DNA of 55,868 bases from a virus (Duplodnaviria > Heunggongvirae > Uroviricota > Caudoviricetes): positions 1-55,868 of the IMG/VR virus record IMGVR_UViG_2645727563_000002. One strand, given 5' to 3'. The notes below the pieces were generated by a model. That model saw nothing but the letters and a program-made list of their open reading frames with translations. It made no database searches and was not told the DNA's origin. Numbering within the stretch: position 1 is the first letter of the stretch; each line of letters opens with the position of its first letter. Position numbers and translations under genes: made by a program. Shown in pieces: positions 41,965-52,652 of the stretch.

Positions 41965-42323
41965 GAGTTGCAGATCACATCAAACACCTTGAAAGAATTA
42001 TCGAAAACGGTGAACTCTTAAGAGATCAGATGAGACGCACGGCAGAAGTCAGAGAGGCGATAATCCGCAGTCAGGCTGGTAAATTAAAGCAATTATCAGA
42101 GATTAACGCGCTATACAAGAACAGACGTAACCGGGCGGCGCTGCGGCTTCAGAAAGCACGTAATGAAATTAAATTGGTGGAGGCAAAACTGAAAAAACAG
42201 ATTCAGCGTTACGATCAGCAAGATGCTTTTTATGCCGCCATCAAGGCGGCTGCTAATGAAATAGGCATCTGGAAGTTGCTGGTGGAGAAAGCAAAGACGA
42301 AGTTAAATGCCAACGAAAGCTGA
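41961..42323 (+). CDS. coiled-coil protein (120 aa)
   Basis: Intact ORF overlapping previous stop. Confidence 0.45.
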   Translation: MRVADHIKHLERIIENGELLRDQMRRTAEVREAIIRSQAGKLKQLSEINALYKNRRNRAALRLQKARNEIKLVEAKLKKQIQRYDQQDAFYAAIKAAANEIGIWKLLVEKAKTKLNANES

Positions 42324-42394
42324 ACTACAGGTACCCACCAGCACATACAGAAAATGATTGTTTCCACATCAAGGAGATTTTAATGTTTCACTGA

Positions 42395-42537
42395 ACATTA
42401 AGTAAGCCAGTGCATAATTCCATTTTTTACTGACCTTAAAAGCAAAATCAAAACGATGATGAGGATGATCGCCAGAATCTGGCTAATAACAGGCGCATCT
42501 AAAAATGCACTCAGGAACTGAAAAAAAGCAGTCATTA
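42395..42537 (-). CDS. candidate small hydrophobic peptide (about 46 aa)
   Basis: ATG with aaggaacc RBS; MTAFFQFLSAFLDAPVISQILAIILIIVLILLL...; in an otherwise ORF-poor 640-bp gap. Confidence 0.25.
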
Positions 42538-42984
42538 AGGTGGTTCCTTGTCAAATGTAAAGGAGCACTTGCTCACGTTGACGTAGAAACCCAACCCCTA
42601 TATAGTTGGATTCGGTGAAAGAAAGTCGTTAACGTGAGCTTACGGCACATGTTTTCGGAACAACATCAGGGAACGGCTAATTCCTTGATGCGGATGGGGT
42701 CTGTAATGCAGACCCTATCTATTAACGTCATGATTGCATCTCAAATTTTCTCCTTATCTTCATTAATCAAAATTCATTTCATTTGTGAAACATCACAATA
42801 TTTAGAAAATGGCCCTCTTGCAAGTGCATAACTTTGTGGATAAATCAGGAAGAAAAAAGTTGATTCTGCGCACGGCAAGGCAGATAAGCTGTGCACAAAA
42901 ATCAATGGGAAAAGAAAAAAAATTAAAAGTTACTTTGCTGGTTAAATAATAGTCGTTACGCAATTGTTCTGGATGGGATTTGAT

Positions 42985-43236
42985 ATGCACGATTGGAATA
43001 TTGCAGCTAAAAGTCAGGAAGAACGGGATAAGGTTAACGTTGATCTGGCTGCCAGCGGTGTGGCGTACAAAGAGCGATTGAACATACCTGTCATAGCTGA
43101 ACAGGTAGCCCGCGAGCAACCAGAGAATCTGCGCACCTATTTCATGGAACGGTTACGGCACTATCGGCAGTTAAGCCTCCGGTTGCCAAAAGGGAGCGAT
43201 CCGGTGTATCAGAACGAGGATGCACCAAAAAAATAA
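42985..43236 (+). CDS. hot: Hot, homolog of DNA polymerase III theta subunit (about 83 aa)
   Basis: [36 protein letters not shown] closely matches E. coli HolE. Confidence 0.75.
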   Translation: MHDWNIAAKSQEERDKVNVDLAASGVAYKERLNIPVIAEQVAREQPENLRTYFMERLRHYRQLSLRLPKGSDPVYQNEDAPKK

Positions 43237-43322
43237 CGGCAAGATGGGGGAGAAATGTGATTAGCCCCCAGCGTGGCGCGCCTACAAACCCCGCTTTCAC
43301 AAACTATGCCTTTTCAATGTAT

Positions 43323-43342
43323 ACTGTATGAATAAACAGTAT
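43323..43342 (+). promoter_or_regulatory. LexA box (SOS operator) upstream of humD
   Basis: tACTGTatgaataaACAGta, CTGT-N8-ACAG. Confidence 0.7.
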
Positions 43343-43359
43343 CATTGAGGTAAAACGCT

Positions 43360-43749
43360 ATGGGCTTCCCTTCTCCTGCGGCGGATTATGTTGAAAGCCG
43401 AATTTCTCTTGATCAGCAGATAATTAGACATCCTTCAGCGACCTACTTCATGCGGGCAGCTGATAGCCATCACCGTGAGGGAATATTGCAGGGTGCTTTG
43501 CTGGTGGTTGATTCCTCGCTTACTCCGGTTGATGGTTCTCTGCTTGTGTGCGCTATGGAGGGTGAATATCGCATAAAGAGATACCGAAAGTATCCGCGCC
43601 AGCACCTGGAGGATTTAAGCACCGGGAAGAAAGAGGCGTTACCAGTAGATGACGATGGTTACACGGGTAGTAATGCTGTTTTTGGTGTGATCACTCATGT
43701 CATCAATGATGCCCGGAGTGGGGAGTTTGATGATTGTCCGGTTATTTAA
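43360..43749 (+). CDS. humD: HumD (UmuD'-like, 129 aa)
   Basis: UmuD/LexA C-terminal peptidase-like fold, preceded by LexA box. Confidence 0.7.
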   Translation: MGFPSPAADYVESRISLDQQIIRHPSATYFMRAADSHHREGILQGALLVVDSSLTPVDGSLLVCAMEGEYRIKRYRKYPRQHLEDLSTGKKEALPVDDDGYTGSNAVFGVITHVINDARSGEFDDCPVI

Positions 43750-43821
43750 GCTGCAAAGTGCTGGTGCTTTATGCCTGTGAAGTTTATAATTGTGTACACA
43801 TAACGAGTACACGAGGTGTTT

Positions 43822-44043
43822 ATGCAATCCATTAACTTCCGTACCGCGCGCGGCAACCTTTCTGAAGTGCTCAACAATGTTGAAGCCGGGGAAGAGGTTG
43901 AAATCACCCGCAGAGGCCGTGAGCCAGCAGTAATTGTCAGCAAGGCTACTTTCGAAGCCTACAAAAAAGCGGCGCTGGATGCTGAATTTGCATCCCTGTT
44001 TGACACCCTGGACTCCACCAACAAGGAACTGGTTAACCGATAA
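43822..44043 (+). CDS. phd: antitoxin Phd (73 aa)
   Basis: [39 protein letters not shown]... Confidence 0.85.
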   Translation: MQSINFRTARGNLSEVLNNVEAGEEVEITRRGREPAVIVSKATFEAYKKAALDAEFASLFDTLDSTNKELVNR

Positions 44044-44423
44044 TGAGGCATATATCACCGGAAGAACTTATTGCGCTTCATGATGCGAATATAAACCGCT
44101 ACGGCGGCCTGCCGGGAATGTCAGATCCGGGTAGGGCAGAGGCTATTATCGGGAGAGTTCAGGCCAGAGTTGCCTACGAAGAGATCACCGACCTTTTCGA
44201 AGTCTCCGCCACCTACCTGGTGGCTACAGCGAGAGGGCATATATTCAATGATGCCAATAAGCGTACCGCGCTAAACAGTGCGCTGTTATTTCTACGCCGT
44301 AACGGGGTGCAGGTATTTGATTCACCTGAACTGGCAGACCTTACTGTAGGCGCTGCGACTGGCGAGATATCTGTATCTTCTGTCGCCGACACGTTACGTA
44401 GATTGTATGGTTCTGCGGAGTAG
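44043..44423 (+). CDS. doc: toxin Doc (Fic-family, 126 aa)
   Basis: Fic motif [10 protein letters not shown]; overlaps phd stop. Confidence 0.85.
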   Translation: MRHISPEELIALHDANINRYGGLPGMSDPGRAEAIIGRVQARVAYEEITDLFEVSATYLVATARGHIFNDANKRTALNSALLFLRRNGVQVFDSPELADLTVGAATGEISVSSVADTLRRLYGSAE

Positions 44424-44607
44424 ATTAATGGCACGCAAATACAACAAATTGTCCCGTGAAGCGTTAAAGATGCTTCTTGATGGCGTGAGTCGCCGCAAGG
44501 TAAAGCAATACCTGGTTGGTAAGCAAATTGGAGTCAGGACCGCTATTGCTGTGTTATGCCGTCAGGAAATGGTTGCGCTTAAACAGAGAATGCCGGGCAG
44601 CAGATAA
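44407..44607 (+). CDS. pdcA: PdcA-like small protein (66 aa)
   Basis: Overlaps doc 3' end; position as in P1. Confidence 0.4.
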   Translation: MVLRSRLMARKYNKLSREALKMLLDGVSRRKVKQYLVGKQIGVRTAIAVLCRQEMVALKQRMPGSR

Positions 44608-44634
44608 AGCCCAATCAGTGATGAAAGGTGTGAT

Positions 44635-45678
44635 GTGAAAGCCGTAATTACTCCCTTTGTACAGAAAGAGCTTGGCCTCGCCACGTTCAAAGTGGATCAG
44701 GAGGTCAGAAAGCTGGTGGAGGCTGGCCGTAAATTTATTATGGAGCCGGTGCCGCGTGAGTTAATCGAGCACATGGAAGACGGCCTCGTTGTTACCGAGC
44801 AAACCATGGCAACAAATGAGGCGTTGCAGCCGTTTTTTAACAGCGATGAACTGTTTCGCCGTATTGGTGGAATTGACTCGCTGGTGGCGTGGTTGCGCAG
44901 GAAAGAGGGGCAATGCCAGGCCGCAGATCGTAGCTGGTGTGACAACCATATTGTCCACGCAGAACGAGACAATAGCGCGGTGTTGTTGTGCTGGCATCAC
45001 GATAACCATTACCGGATGCGTGGTTTTAATGAGCTGAAAGAAACGCTGCACAATAATCGCGTTAACTGGATACTGGATGTCGCCCGTCAGGAAATGGGCC
45101 TTTCAAATAGCCATGATTTAAGTATTCAGGAGCTGTGCTGGTGGGCTTTCATGCGCAACATGATGCACCTGATGCCGGAAGAAGTCTGCCGCATATCAAT
45201 AAATAAGATGAAGGCTACTCCGCAGGATAGCGGACCTCTGAAAGAGGCGGATATTCGCCCGTATGACGATCGCGCTACAGCATATGTTCAGATGATGGAA
45301 GAACGCGCCGCGCCGATGCGTGCAAAAGTATGCCCTGTGGATGTTGACTCCGACCCTGGCATGGCGCATTTCAAAATACCAAAACTGCGATCGCTAAAAT
45401 TACCTGAGTACATGGACTTTGTTGCTTCCCGTCCGTGCTGTGGGTGTGGAGCTGCGGGAGCTGGCGCTCACATTACGCCTTATATCGTTCGTCATAGTCG
45501 ATTATGCGCGCATGACATTTACGCAATTCCTCTGTGCCAGTCATGCCAGCGTGATATTGAGCGTGACCGCGATAATTGGGAGAAGACGCACGGTAGGTTG
45601 GCGATGCATCAACGATTGTTCTTTGATTACGCGCTTGGAGTGGGCGTTATCACAAGTCATTCGTCGAGTGTTAGATAA
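44635..45678 (+). CDS. pdcB: PdcB-like protein (347 aa)
   Basis: Intact ORF between doc and lpa; Cys-rich C-terminus. Confidence 0.5.
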   Translation: MKAVITPFVQKELGLATFKVDQEVRKLVEAGRKFIMEPVPRELIEHMEDGLVVTEQTMATNEALQPFFNSDELFRRIGGIDSLVAWLRRKEGQCQAADRSWCDNHIVHAERDNSAVLLCWHHDNHYRMRGFNELKETLHNNRVNWILDVARQEMGLSNSHDLSIQELCWWAFMRNMMHLMPEEVCRISINKMKATPQDSGPLKEADIRPYDDRATAYVQMMEERAAPMRAKVCPVDVDSDPGMAHFKIPKLRSLKLPEYMDFVASRPCCGCGAAGAGAHITPYIVRHSRLCAHDIYAIPLCQSCQRDIERDRDNWEKTHGRLAMHQRLFFDYALGVGVITSHSSSVR

Positions 45679-45679
45679 A

Positions 45680-45696
45680 ATTGCTCTAATGTATTG
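45680..45696 (+). promoter_or_regulatory. C1 operator-like site upstream of lpa
   Basis: attgctctaatgtattg, 13/17. Confidence 0.4.
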
Positions 45697-45766
45697 CTAT
45701 TTATTTAATCGAGGGTATTATATTCCACGTTGATTAGTTTACATGGGCTAATCAGTAGGTGACAGG

Positions 45767-46219
45767 ATGTTACTTAACTGGCAGGGACGCCACTTCATGG
45801 AAATAAATCACTCACGAATAACATCGTACGAGATTGCGGATTACATGATCCGCACTAAATCTCTTCTATCAGCGAAAGAACTCGCAGCAATTCTTGAAAA
45901 GGAATACCCGCATCTGGATGTCGATAAGCGCGATGTTTATCTGCGCTTAAAGGCTATCGCTGTGTCTAAGTATTCGTCTGTTTTGATTGATGACAGTACA
46001 CGCCCACGTAGATTTCAGATCCACTCTCTGAATCCTGAATTCTTTCGCCGCAGCCGCGCGCCGCGCCGGTTTGATGAAAAACTCCAGAACGAACTCTATA
46101 TGACGCAGGACGAAAAGGAACGCCGGGAACACCAGCCTTGGGTAATGGCGCGTCAACTTTTCAATAAGGTAGCCCGTCAGCACCGTCATTACGGTAATGC
46201 CACATCCGCACGTATCTGA
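45767..46219 (+). CDS. lpa: late promoter activator Lpa (150 aa or shorter from internal ATG)
   Basis: Position between pdcB and pacA with an upstream C1 operator; size as P1 Lpa. Confidence 0.6.
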   Translation: MLLNWQGRHFMEINHSRITSYEIADYMIRTKSLLSAKELAAILEKEYPHLDVDKRDVYLRLKAIAVSKYSSVLIDDSTRPRRFQIHSLNPEFFRRSRAPRRFDEKLQNELYMTQDEKERREHQPWVMARQLFNKVARQHRHYGNATSARI

Positions 46220-46245
46220 TTGATTGCTTGCCCGTTCCGGGCCTT

Positions 46246-46259
46246 TTGACATGTGACTT
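46246..46259 (+). promoter_or_regulatory. candidate Lpa-dependent late promoter for pacAB
   Basis: TTGACATGTGACTT + 4 nt + TACCCT. Confidence 0.35.
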
Positions 46260-46304
46260 TCGTTACCCTCGCGTCAAAAAGAGTTTTTACGAAAGGAAGC
46301 ATAA

Positions 46305-47498
46305 GTGACCTGGGACGATCACAAGAAGAATTTTGCTCGCCTGGCGCGAGATGGTGGTTACACCATCGCACAGTATGCCGCCGAGTTTAATCTTAACCCT
46401 AATACCGCACGTCGTTATCTCCGTGCCTTCAAAGAAGACACCAGGACAGCGGACAGCCGCAAGCCAAATAAGCCAGTCAGGAAGCCTCTAAAAAGCATGA
46501 TCATTGATCACTCTAATGATCAACATGCAGGTGATCACATTGCGGCTGAAACAGCGGAAAAACAAAGAGTTAATGCCGTTGTCAGTGCCGCAGTCGAGAA
46601 TGCGAAGCGCCAAAATAAGCGCATAAATGATCGTTCAGATGATCATGACGTGATCACCCGCGCCCACCGGACCTTACGTGATCGCCTGGAACGCGACACC
46701 CTGGATGATGATGGTGAACGCTTTGAATTCGAAGCTGGCGATTACCTGATAGATAACGTTGAAGCGCGGAAGGCCGCGCGCGCTATGTTGCGTCGGTCCG
46801 GGGCCGATGTTCTGGAAACCACTCTTCTGGAAAAGTCTCTTTCTCATCTCCTTATGCTGGAGAACGCCAGGGATACGTGTATTCGCCTGGTGCAGGAAAT
46901 GCGCGATCAGCAAAAAGACGATGATGAAGGTACTCCGCCTGAATACCGTATCGCGAGCATGCTAAACAGCTGTTCCGCGCAGATAAGCAGCCTGATCAAC
47001 ACCATTTACAGCATCCGGAATAACTATCGAAAAGAAAGCCGGGAGGCGGAAAAGCACGCTTTATCTATGGGGCAAGCTGGCATTGTTAAGCTGGCATACG
47101 AACGAAAGCGTGAAAATAACTGGTCAGTGCTGGAAGCGGCTGAATTCATCGAGGCGCATGGAGGAAAAGTGCCGCCCCTGATGCTGGAGCAAATCAAAGC
47201 CGATCTGCGTGCTCCTAAGACCAATACCGATGATGAGGAAAACCAAACAGCATCTGGCGCTCCATCACTTGAAGATCTGGATAAAATCGCGCGAGAACGG
47301 GCCGCCAGCCGCCGCGCTGATGCGGCATTGTGGATTGAGCATCGTAGAGAAGAAATTGCCGATATCGTCGATACGGGTGGTTATGGTGATGTCGATGCGG
47401 AAGGCATATCAAACGAAGCATGGCTTGAACAGGATCTGGACGAAGACGAGGAGGAAGACGAAGAAGTTACCCGCAAACTGTACGGGGATGATGATTAA
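46305..47498 (+). CDS. pacA: terminase small subunit PacA (397 aa)
   Basis: 397 aa as in P1; contains the pac site; GTG start after aaaggaag. Confidence 0.85.
46497..46657. other. pac: pac packaging site
   Basis: Four TGATCA/G hexamers at 46497-46537 and three more at 46627-46657 (plus tgatcg at 46678), each containing a Dam GATC. Confidence 0.75.
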
Positions 47499-48982
47499 TG
47501 GCCAGAAGTTGCGTAACGGACCCACGTTGGCGCGAGCTGGTGGCGCTATATCGTTATGACTGGATTGCGGCCGCTGATGTGTTGTTTGGGAAGACACCAA
47601 CCTGGCAGCAGGATGAGATCATTGAGTCCACGCAGCAGGACGGCAGTTGGACAAGTGTGACCTCCGGCCATGGTACTGGTAAATCGGATATGACGAGTAT
47701 CATTGCAATACTCTTCATCATGTTTTTCCCCGGCGCTCGCGTCATTCTGGTCGCTAACAAAAGACAGCAAGTCCTTGATGGTATTTTCAAATACATAAAG
47801 AGCAATTGGGCTACTGCTGTTAGCAGATTCCCGTGGTTGTCGAAGTATTTCATTCTTACAGAAACGTCTTTTTTTGAGGTGACTGGCAAGGGTGTTTGGA
47901 CAATATTGATAAAGTCCTGTCGCCCCGGAAATGAGGAGGCGTTGGCTGGTGAACACGCCGATCATCTCTTGTATATCATCGACGAAGCGTCGGGTGTGAG
48001 TGATAAAGCATTCAGTGTGATAACAGGTGCGCTGACCGGTAAGGATAACCGTATTCTGCTTCTTTCCCAGCCTACGCGACCTTCAGGCTATTTCTACGAT
48101 TCACACCACAGACTAGCTATTCGCCCGGGAAATCCTGATGGATTGTTTACTGCGATAATACTGAATAGTGAAGAATCTCCGCTTGTAGATGCAAAATTTA
48201 TACGAGCAAAACTTGCAGAGTATGGCGGTCGTGATAACCCCATGTACATGATCAAAGTACGTGGTGAATTTCCCAAATCTCAAGATGGCTTTCTTCTTGG
48301 TCGTGATGAGGTTGAGCGGGCGACGCGGCGAAAGGTCAAGATTGCCAAAGGATGGGGCTGGGTTGCATGTGTTGACGTTGCTGGTGGCACAGGACGAGAT
48401 AAGTCCGTTATTAATATCATGATGGTGTCCGGCCAGCGAAATAAACGCCGTGTAATCAACTATCGTATGCTGGAATACACAGACGTTACAGAAACGCAGT
48501 TAGCCGCCAAGATTTTCGCAGAATGTAACCCAGAACGGTTCCCGAACATAACCATAGCTATTGATGGCGATGGCTTGGGGAAATCGACGGCTGATCTAAT
48601 GTACGAACGCTATGGCATTACCGTCCAGCGTATCCGCTGGGGTAAAAAGATGCACAGCCGTGAAGATAAAAGCCTTTATTTCGATATGCGCGCTTTCGCG
48701 AATATTCAGGCGGCAGAAGCTGTAAAATCAGGGCGTATGAGGCTTGATAAGGGGGCTGCGACTATAGAGGAAGCATCAAAGATACCGGTAGGGATAAATT
48801 CCGCAGGTCAATGGAAGGTGATGTCAAAGGAAGATATGAAGAAAAAACTCAACCTGCACTCACCGGACCATTGGGATACATATTGTTTCGCTATGTTGGC
48901 GAACTATGTTCCCCAAGATGAAGTGCTTAGCGTCGAAGACGAAGCGCAGGTTGATGAAGCTCTGGCATGGCTTAATGAATAA
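47498..48982 (+). CDS. pacB: terminase large subunit PacB (494 aa)
   Basis: Terminase ATPase/nuclease-size ORF overlapping pacA stop. Confidence 0.8.
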
Positions 48983-49006
48983 CTCATTAACCATGCCGGA
49001 TGGAAA

Positions 49007-49858
49007 CTATTGCGCGCTTTCGGGGTTGCTGTTTACTGGCTGCCCCTTCTTAGTTTTACGGCTGCGCGTAACTGATGCGGCTGATTTGACCTTTTTCTCT
49101 TCGCGAGTGATGGCAATTTGTTTTTTTACATTTTCAATATCTGCCAGGCGATATATTTTTGCCTGCGGCCAGCGGTCGCAGATGATCGGTTCTATAGAGT
49201 CATAAAGGCTAAATTTTGCTTTCTCGAATTCACCGTTGATGATGATTCCATCACGGAGAGTTTCATCGCAGATAAACACACCACACAGCGGTACATGGTA
49301 ACTAACTGATTTACCATCATTGTAGTTAGGGCTACTGGAAATGTAATGGACGCGCAGCATTGTTTCGCTAAAGCCGTGTACACGCATACGGAATTTTTCA
49401 TCCTCCGGGTACTGCTTCATTAGCTCTTTTGTTGCTTCCAGGTTCTCTATGTATTTCGCACTGTGCTCATTGATCCCCGCGCTTTTCTGGATGCGAATGT
49501 CCTTATCAATCAGATGAATAATGCGGCCAGCGGTCATGTTGACGCTGTTCACAGCTTCTGTCTGATAAGTAGTAACCTTACGCACACCGCGAAGGATGTT
49601 AGGCACTGGATATAAAATAGTCTTTGGGATATTGAGGTCTGGGTACTGTTCCAGTTCCCGCGCCATTAAAGTCCATTTATCAATTTCAGCCTGAATGCTG
49701 TCCGTTTCTTTGAACGGCAGAACGACAACCGGGCGAACAGGACGACCGTCGCTGGCGGCATCAACGTGTTGGGCGCGTGCAACAGCTTTTTTTAGAAAGA
49801 GATCCCTGAAGCTGACGAACTCCTGGTACAGTTGTTCGCCGTAGACATAATTTATCAT
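49007..49858 (-). CDS. c1: C1 immunity repressor (283 aa)
   Basis: 283 aa beginning MINYVYGEQLYQEF; cognate 17-bp operators occur throughout the window. Confidence 0.9.
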   Translation of the reverse strand: MINYVYGEQLYQEFVSFRDLFLKKAVARAQHVDAASDGRPVRPVVVLPFKETDSIQAEIDKWTLMARELEQYPDLNIPKTILYPVPNILRGVRKVTTYQTEAVNSVNMTAGRIIHLIDKDIRIQKSAGINEHSAKYIENLEATKELMKQYPEDEKFRMRVHGFSETMLRVHYISSSPNYNDGKSVSYHVPLCGVFICDETLRDGIIINGEFEKAKFSLYDSIEPIICDRWPQAKIYRLADIENVKKQIAITREEKKVKSAASVTRSRKTKKGQPVNSNPESAQ

Positions 49859-49952
49859 TGATCCTCCTCCAGAATTGACATGGCCAACAACTCACAGCGG
49901 ATTACACTGGGAGTTGTTGACCACCATTATAGAAGGATCCAACGAAAATAAT

Positions 49953-49969
49953 AGATTTATTAGTGCATT
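49953..49969 (-). promoter_or_regulatory. C1 operator in the c1/coi control region
   Basis: agatttattagtgcatt, 14/17 reverse orientation. Confidence 0.45.
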
Positions 49970-50178
49970 TATTGTGAGTCTGGCTGGTTAGTGGCCATGA
50001 GATATTCGATTGTGTCAGTGAGATCATCCAGGTCGTCTTGGGTGATGCGGTACTCCTGATTGGATATCTTTGAGTAGTGTTCAGCAATGGCGCGGGCAGC
50101 GTCGGTTTCGGCGGGGTCTACAGATAAAGCGTTAGAGCAATGTCTAACGTCGTCGATGGTTGGTGGAATGAAAGCCAT
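49969..50178 (-). CDS. coi: Coi, C1 inactivator (69 aa)
   Basis: 69-aa ORF immediately upstream of c1 on the same strand. Confidence 0.8.
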   Translation of the reverse strand: MAFIPPTIDDVRHCSNALSVDPAETDAARAIAEHYSKISNQEYRITQDDLDDLTDTIEYLMATNQPDSQ

Positions 50179-50417
50179 AATTATGCCTCACTGTATTGAC
50201 AACACAGAGCCTGAAGCTCTGACCTACTGTTTCACCCATGATCCATGCTGGGGTAATCTAACAACATTGCGCTGTGTGTAAGATGAGCAATGCATAGCTG
50301 TAATGCCGTTGTATAAGGTTTCCCTGTTTGCTCATTTCCTTCTGAGCCGCTCTACAACGCTGAAGACACATTAAATAGTGAATCCAAAGTCGTATTACGA
50401 AACGGCGGCAAAACTAT

Positions 50418-50434
50418 AATTTATTAGAGCAATT
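50418..50434 (-). promoter_or_regulatory. C1 operator
   Basis: aatttattagagcaatt, 16/17. Confidence 0.6.
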
Positions 50435-50499
50435 GTCAAACAACTATGAAAAACAATCCAGTTTTTGGCTGGTGGAGTGGGATTTTTCTCTCAAAATTT

Positions 50500-50516
50500 A
50501 TTGCTCTAATAATTCT
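50500..50516 (+). promoter_or_regulatory. C1 operator
   Basis: attgctctaataattct, 15/17. Confidence 0.55.
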
Positions 50517-50558
50517 TGATTTTTATGCGCAGCTGGACGTAAACTCCTCTTCAGACCT

Positions 50559-50592
50559 AATAACTTCGTATAGCATACATTATACGAAGTTA
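50559..50592 (+). other. loxP: loxP recombination site
   Basis: ATAACTTCGTATA-GCATACAT-TATACGAAGTTAT, exact 13-8-13 loxP. Confidence 0.95.
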
Positions 50593-50661
50593 TCTTAAGG
50601 GTTATTGAACATGATCAATTTACCTGTAAATCCATACAGTTCAATACCTTATCAGGTCAAA

Positions 50662-50692
50662 TAGTGATCACTTGATCATTTGATCAAGGTTG
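50662..50692. promoter_or_regulatory. Dam GATC cluster in the cre upstream region
   Basis: tgatcacttgatcatttgatcaagg, three GATC in 25 bp. Confidence 0.4.
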
Positions 50693-50782
50693 CGCTACGT
50701 AAAATCTGTGAAATGTTGGCAGTGTTTGTGCTCCAGATTTCGCGTAGCGCACTTAGCACCACCAATCAATCAGAGGTGAAAA

Positions 50783-51004
50783 ATGGGATATTCAGCTGCT
50801 AAAGTGTCCACTCATCTTGAGCTTGAGAAAAACCGTGGTTACTGGCGGGCAAAAGGGTTTGATCGTGATAGTTGTCAACTGTCATTATCGCGCGGTGAAG
50901 AGAAAATAGAACGCACGCGCGGTCGCTGGCGTTTCTATGACGAGAACCATAAACAGGTAAAGGCAGAGCCGATCCTGTACACTTTACTTAAAACCATTAT
51001 CTGA
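50783..51004 (+). CDS. possible small ORF upstream of cre (73 aa)
   Basis: ATG with gaggtga RBS; may instead be non-coding cre promoter region. Confidence 0.2.
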   Translation: MGYSAAKVSTHLELEKNRGYWRAKGFDRDSCQLSLSRGEEKIERTRGRWRFYDENHKQVKAEPILYTLLKTII

Positions 51005-51011
51005 GTGTTAA

Positions 51012-52043
51012 ATGTCCAATTTACTGACCGTACACCAAAATTTGCCTGCATTACCGGTCGATGCAACGAGTGATGAGGTTCGCAAGAACCTGATGGACAT
51101 GTTCAGGGATCGCCAGGCGTTTTCTGAGCATACCTGGAAAATGCTTCTGTCCGTTTGCCGGTCGTGGGCGGCATGGTGCAAGTTGAATAACCGGAAATGG
51201 TTTCCCGCAGAACCTGAAGATGTTCGCGATTATCTTCTATATCTTCAGGCGCGCGGTCTGGCAGTAAAAACTATCCAGCAACATTTGGGCCAGCTAAATA
51301 TGCTTCATCGTCGGTCCGGGCTGCCACGACCAAGTGACAGCAATGCTGTTTCACTGGTCATGCGACGGATCCGAAAAGAAAACGTTGATGCCGGTGAGCG
51401 TGCAAAACAGGCATTGGCGTTCGAACGCACTGATTTCGACCAGGTTCGTTCACTCATGGAAAATAGCGATCGCTGCCAGGATATACGTAATCTGGCATTT
51501 CTTGGGATTGCTTATAATACCCTGCTACGTATAGCAGAAATTGCCAGGATCAGGGTTAAAGATATCTCACGTACTGACGGTGGGAGAATGTTAATCCATA
51601 TTGGCAGAACGAAAACGCTGGTTAGCGCCGCAGGTGTAGAGAAGGCACTTAGCCTGGGGGTAACTAAACTGGTCGAGCGATGGATTTCTGTCTCTGGTGT
51701 AGCTGATGATCCTAATAACTACCTGTTTTGCCGGGTCAGAAAAAATGGTGTTGCCGCGCCATCTGCCACCAGCCAGCTATCAACTCGCGCCCTGGAAGGG
51801 ATTTTTGAAGCAACTCATCGATTGATTTACGGCGCTAAGGATGACTCTGGTCAGAGATACCTGGCCTGGTCTGGACACAGTGCCCGTGTCGGAGCCGCGC
51901 GAGATATGGCCCGCGCTGGAGTTTCAATACCGGAGATCATGCAAGCTGGTGGCTGGACCAATGTAAATATTGTCATGAACTATATCCGTAACCTGGATAG
52001 TGAAACAGGGGCAATGGTGCGCCTGCTGGAAGATGGCGATTAG
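51012..52043 (+). CDS. cre: Cre site-specific tyrosine recombinase (343 aa)
   Basis: Full-length, essentially identical to P1 Cre as recalled (MSNLLTVHQNLPALPVDATSDEVRKNLMDMFRDRQAFSEHTWK...). Confidence 0.95.
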   Translation: MSNLLTVHQNLPALPVDATSDEVRKNLMDMFRDRQAFSEHTWKMLLSVCRSWAAWCKLNNRKWFPAEPEDVRDYLLYLQARGLAVKTIQQHLGQLNMLHRRSGLPRPSDSNAVSLVMRRIRKENVDAGERAKQALAFERTDFDQVRSLMENSDRCQDIRNLAFLGIAYNTLLRIAEIARIRVKDISRTDGGRMLIHIGRTKTLVSAAGVEKALSLGVTKLVERWISVSGVADDPNNYLFCRVRKNGVAAPSATSQLSTRALEGIFEATHRLIYGAKDDSGQRYLAWSGHSARVGAARDMARAGVSIPEIMQAGGWTNVNIVMNYIRNLDSETGAMVRLLEDGD

Positions 52044-52061
52044 CCATTAACGCGTAAATGA

Positions 52062-52078
52062 TTGCTCTAATTCTTTGA
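52062..52078 (+). promoter_or_regulatory. C1 operator-like site
   Basis: attgctctaattctttg, 13/17. Confidence 0.4.
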
Positions 52079-52093
52079 TATTTATGGTGACAT

Positions 52094-52405
52094 ATGAGAA
52101 AGGATTTCAACATCGACGGAAAATATGTAGTGCTGTCTGTAAGCACTAATATTCTGTCACCATCTGTCATTGTCACCGTAAAGTTGAGCGATAGGATGCC
52201 TGATATCGACTCGATATCTGTTGCGTTCCCCGTTAAAAGCATGCGGAGTGCTGAACATTTTGTGATGAATGCAACGGAAGAGGAAGCGCGGCGCGGGCTT
52301 ACTAGAGTGATGGGGGAATTTGGCGAACTCCTGGGTAAGGTAAACAATGCCCTTTCAATCAGTTCAGCAAGGTCCAAAGCGTTAACAGCTTCCATGATGA
52401 AATAA
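52094..52405 (+). CDS. cra: Cra-like protein (103 aa)
   Basis: ORF immediately downstream of cre. Confidence 0.5.
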   Translation: MRKDFNIDGKYVVLSVSTNILSPSVIVTVKLSDRMPDIDSISVAFPVKSMRSAEHFVMNATEEEARRGLTRVMGEFGELLGKVNNALSISSARSKALTASMMK

Positions 52406-52537
52406 AAAAAAGCCTGGCAAGGAGCCAGGCTGCACAAAAGAGCGGGTTTGTATTCCGCATCCAATCAATCAAGAAGGAGTATAGCACACAGGTACTGAAG
52501 TGAAAAAATGTGATTCGCGATAAACAAAATATCTACC

Positions 52538-52567
52538 ATTGCTCTAATTGATTGCTATAATTTAGCC
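52538..52567 (+). promoter_or_regulatory. tandem C1 operators upstream of ref
   Basis: attgctctaattgattg overlapping attgctataatttagcc. Confidence 0.45.
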
Positions 52568-52621
52568 GCAGTTTTTGTCAACTACGAAGACGTTGCCATT
52601 ACTTCACTCCTTGACATCATT

Positions 52622-52647
52622 GGCGGCCATTAGGCCGCCTTTTTTTT
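52622..52647 (+). terminator. rho-independent terminator
   Basis: ggcggcc-atta-ggccgcc followed by T8. Confidence 0.7.
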
Positions 52648-52652
52648 GCCAT

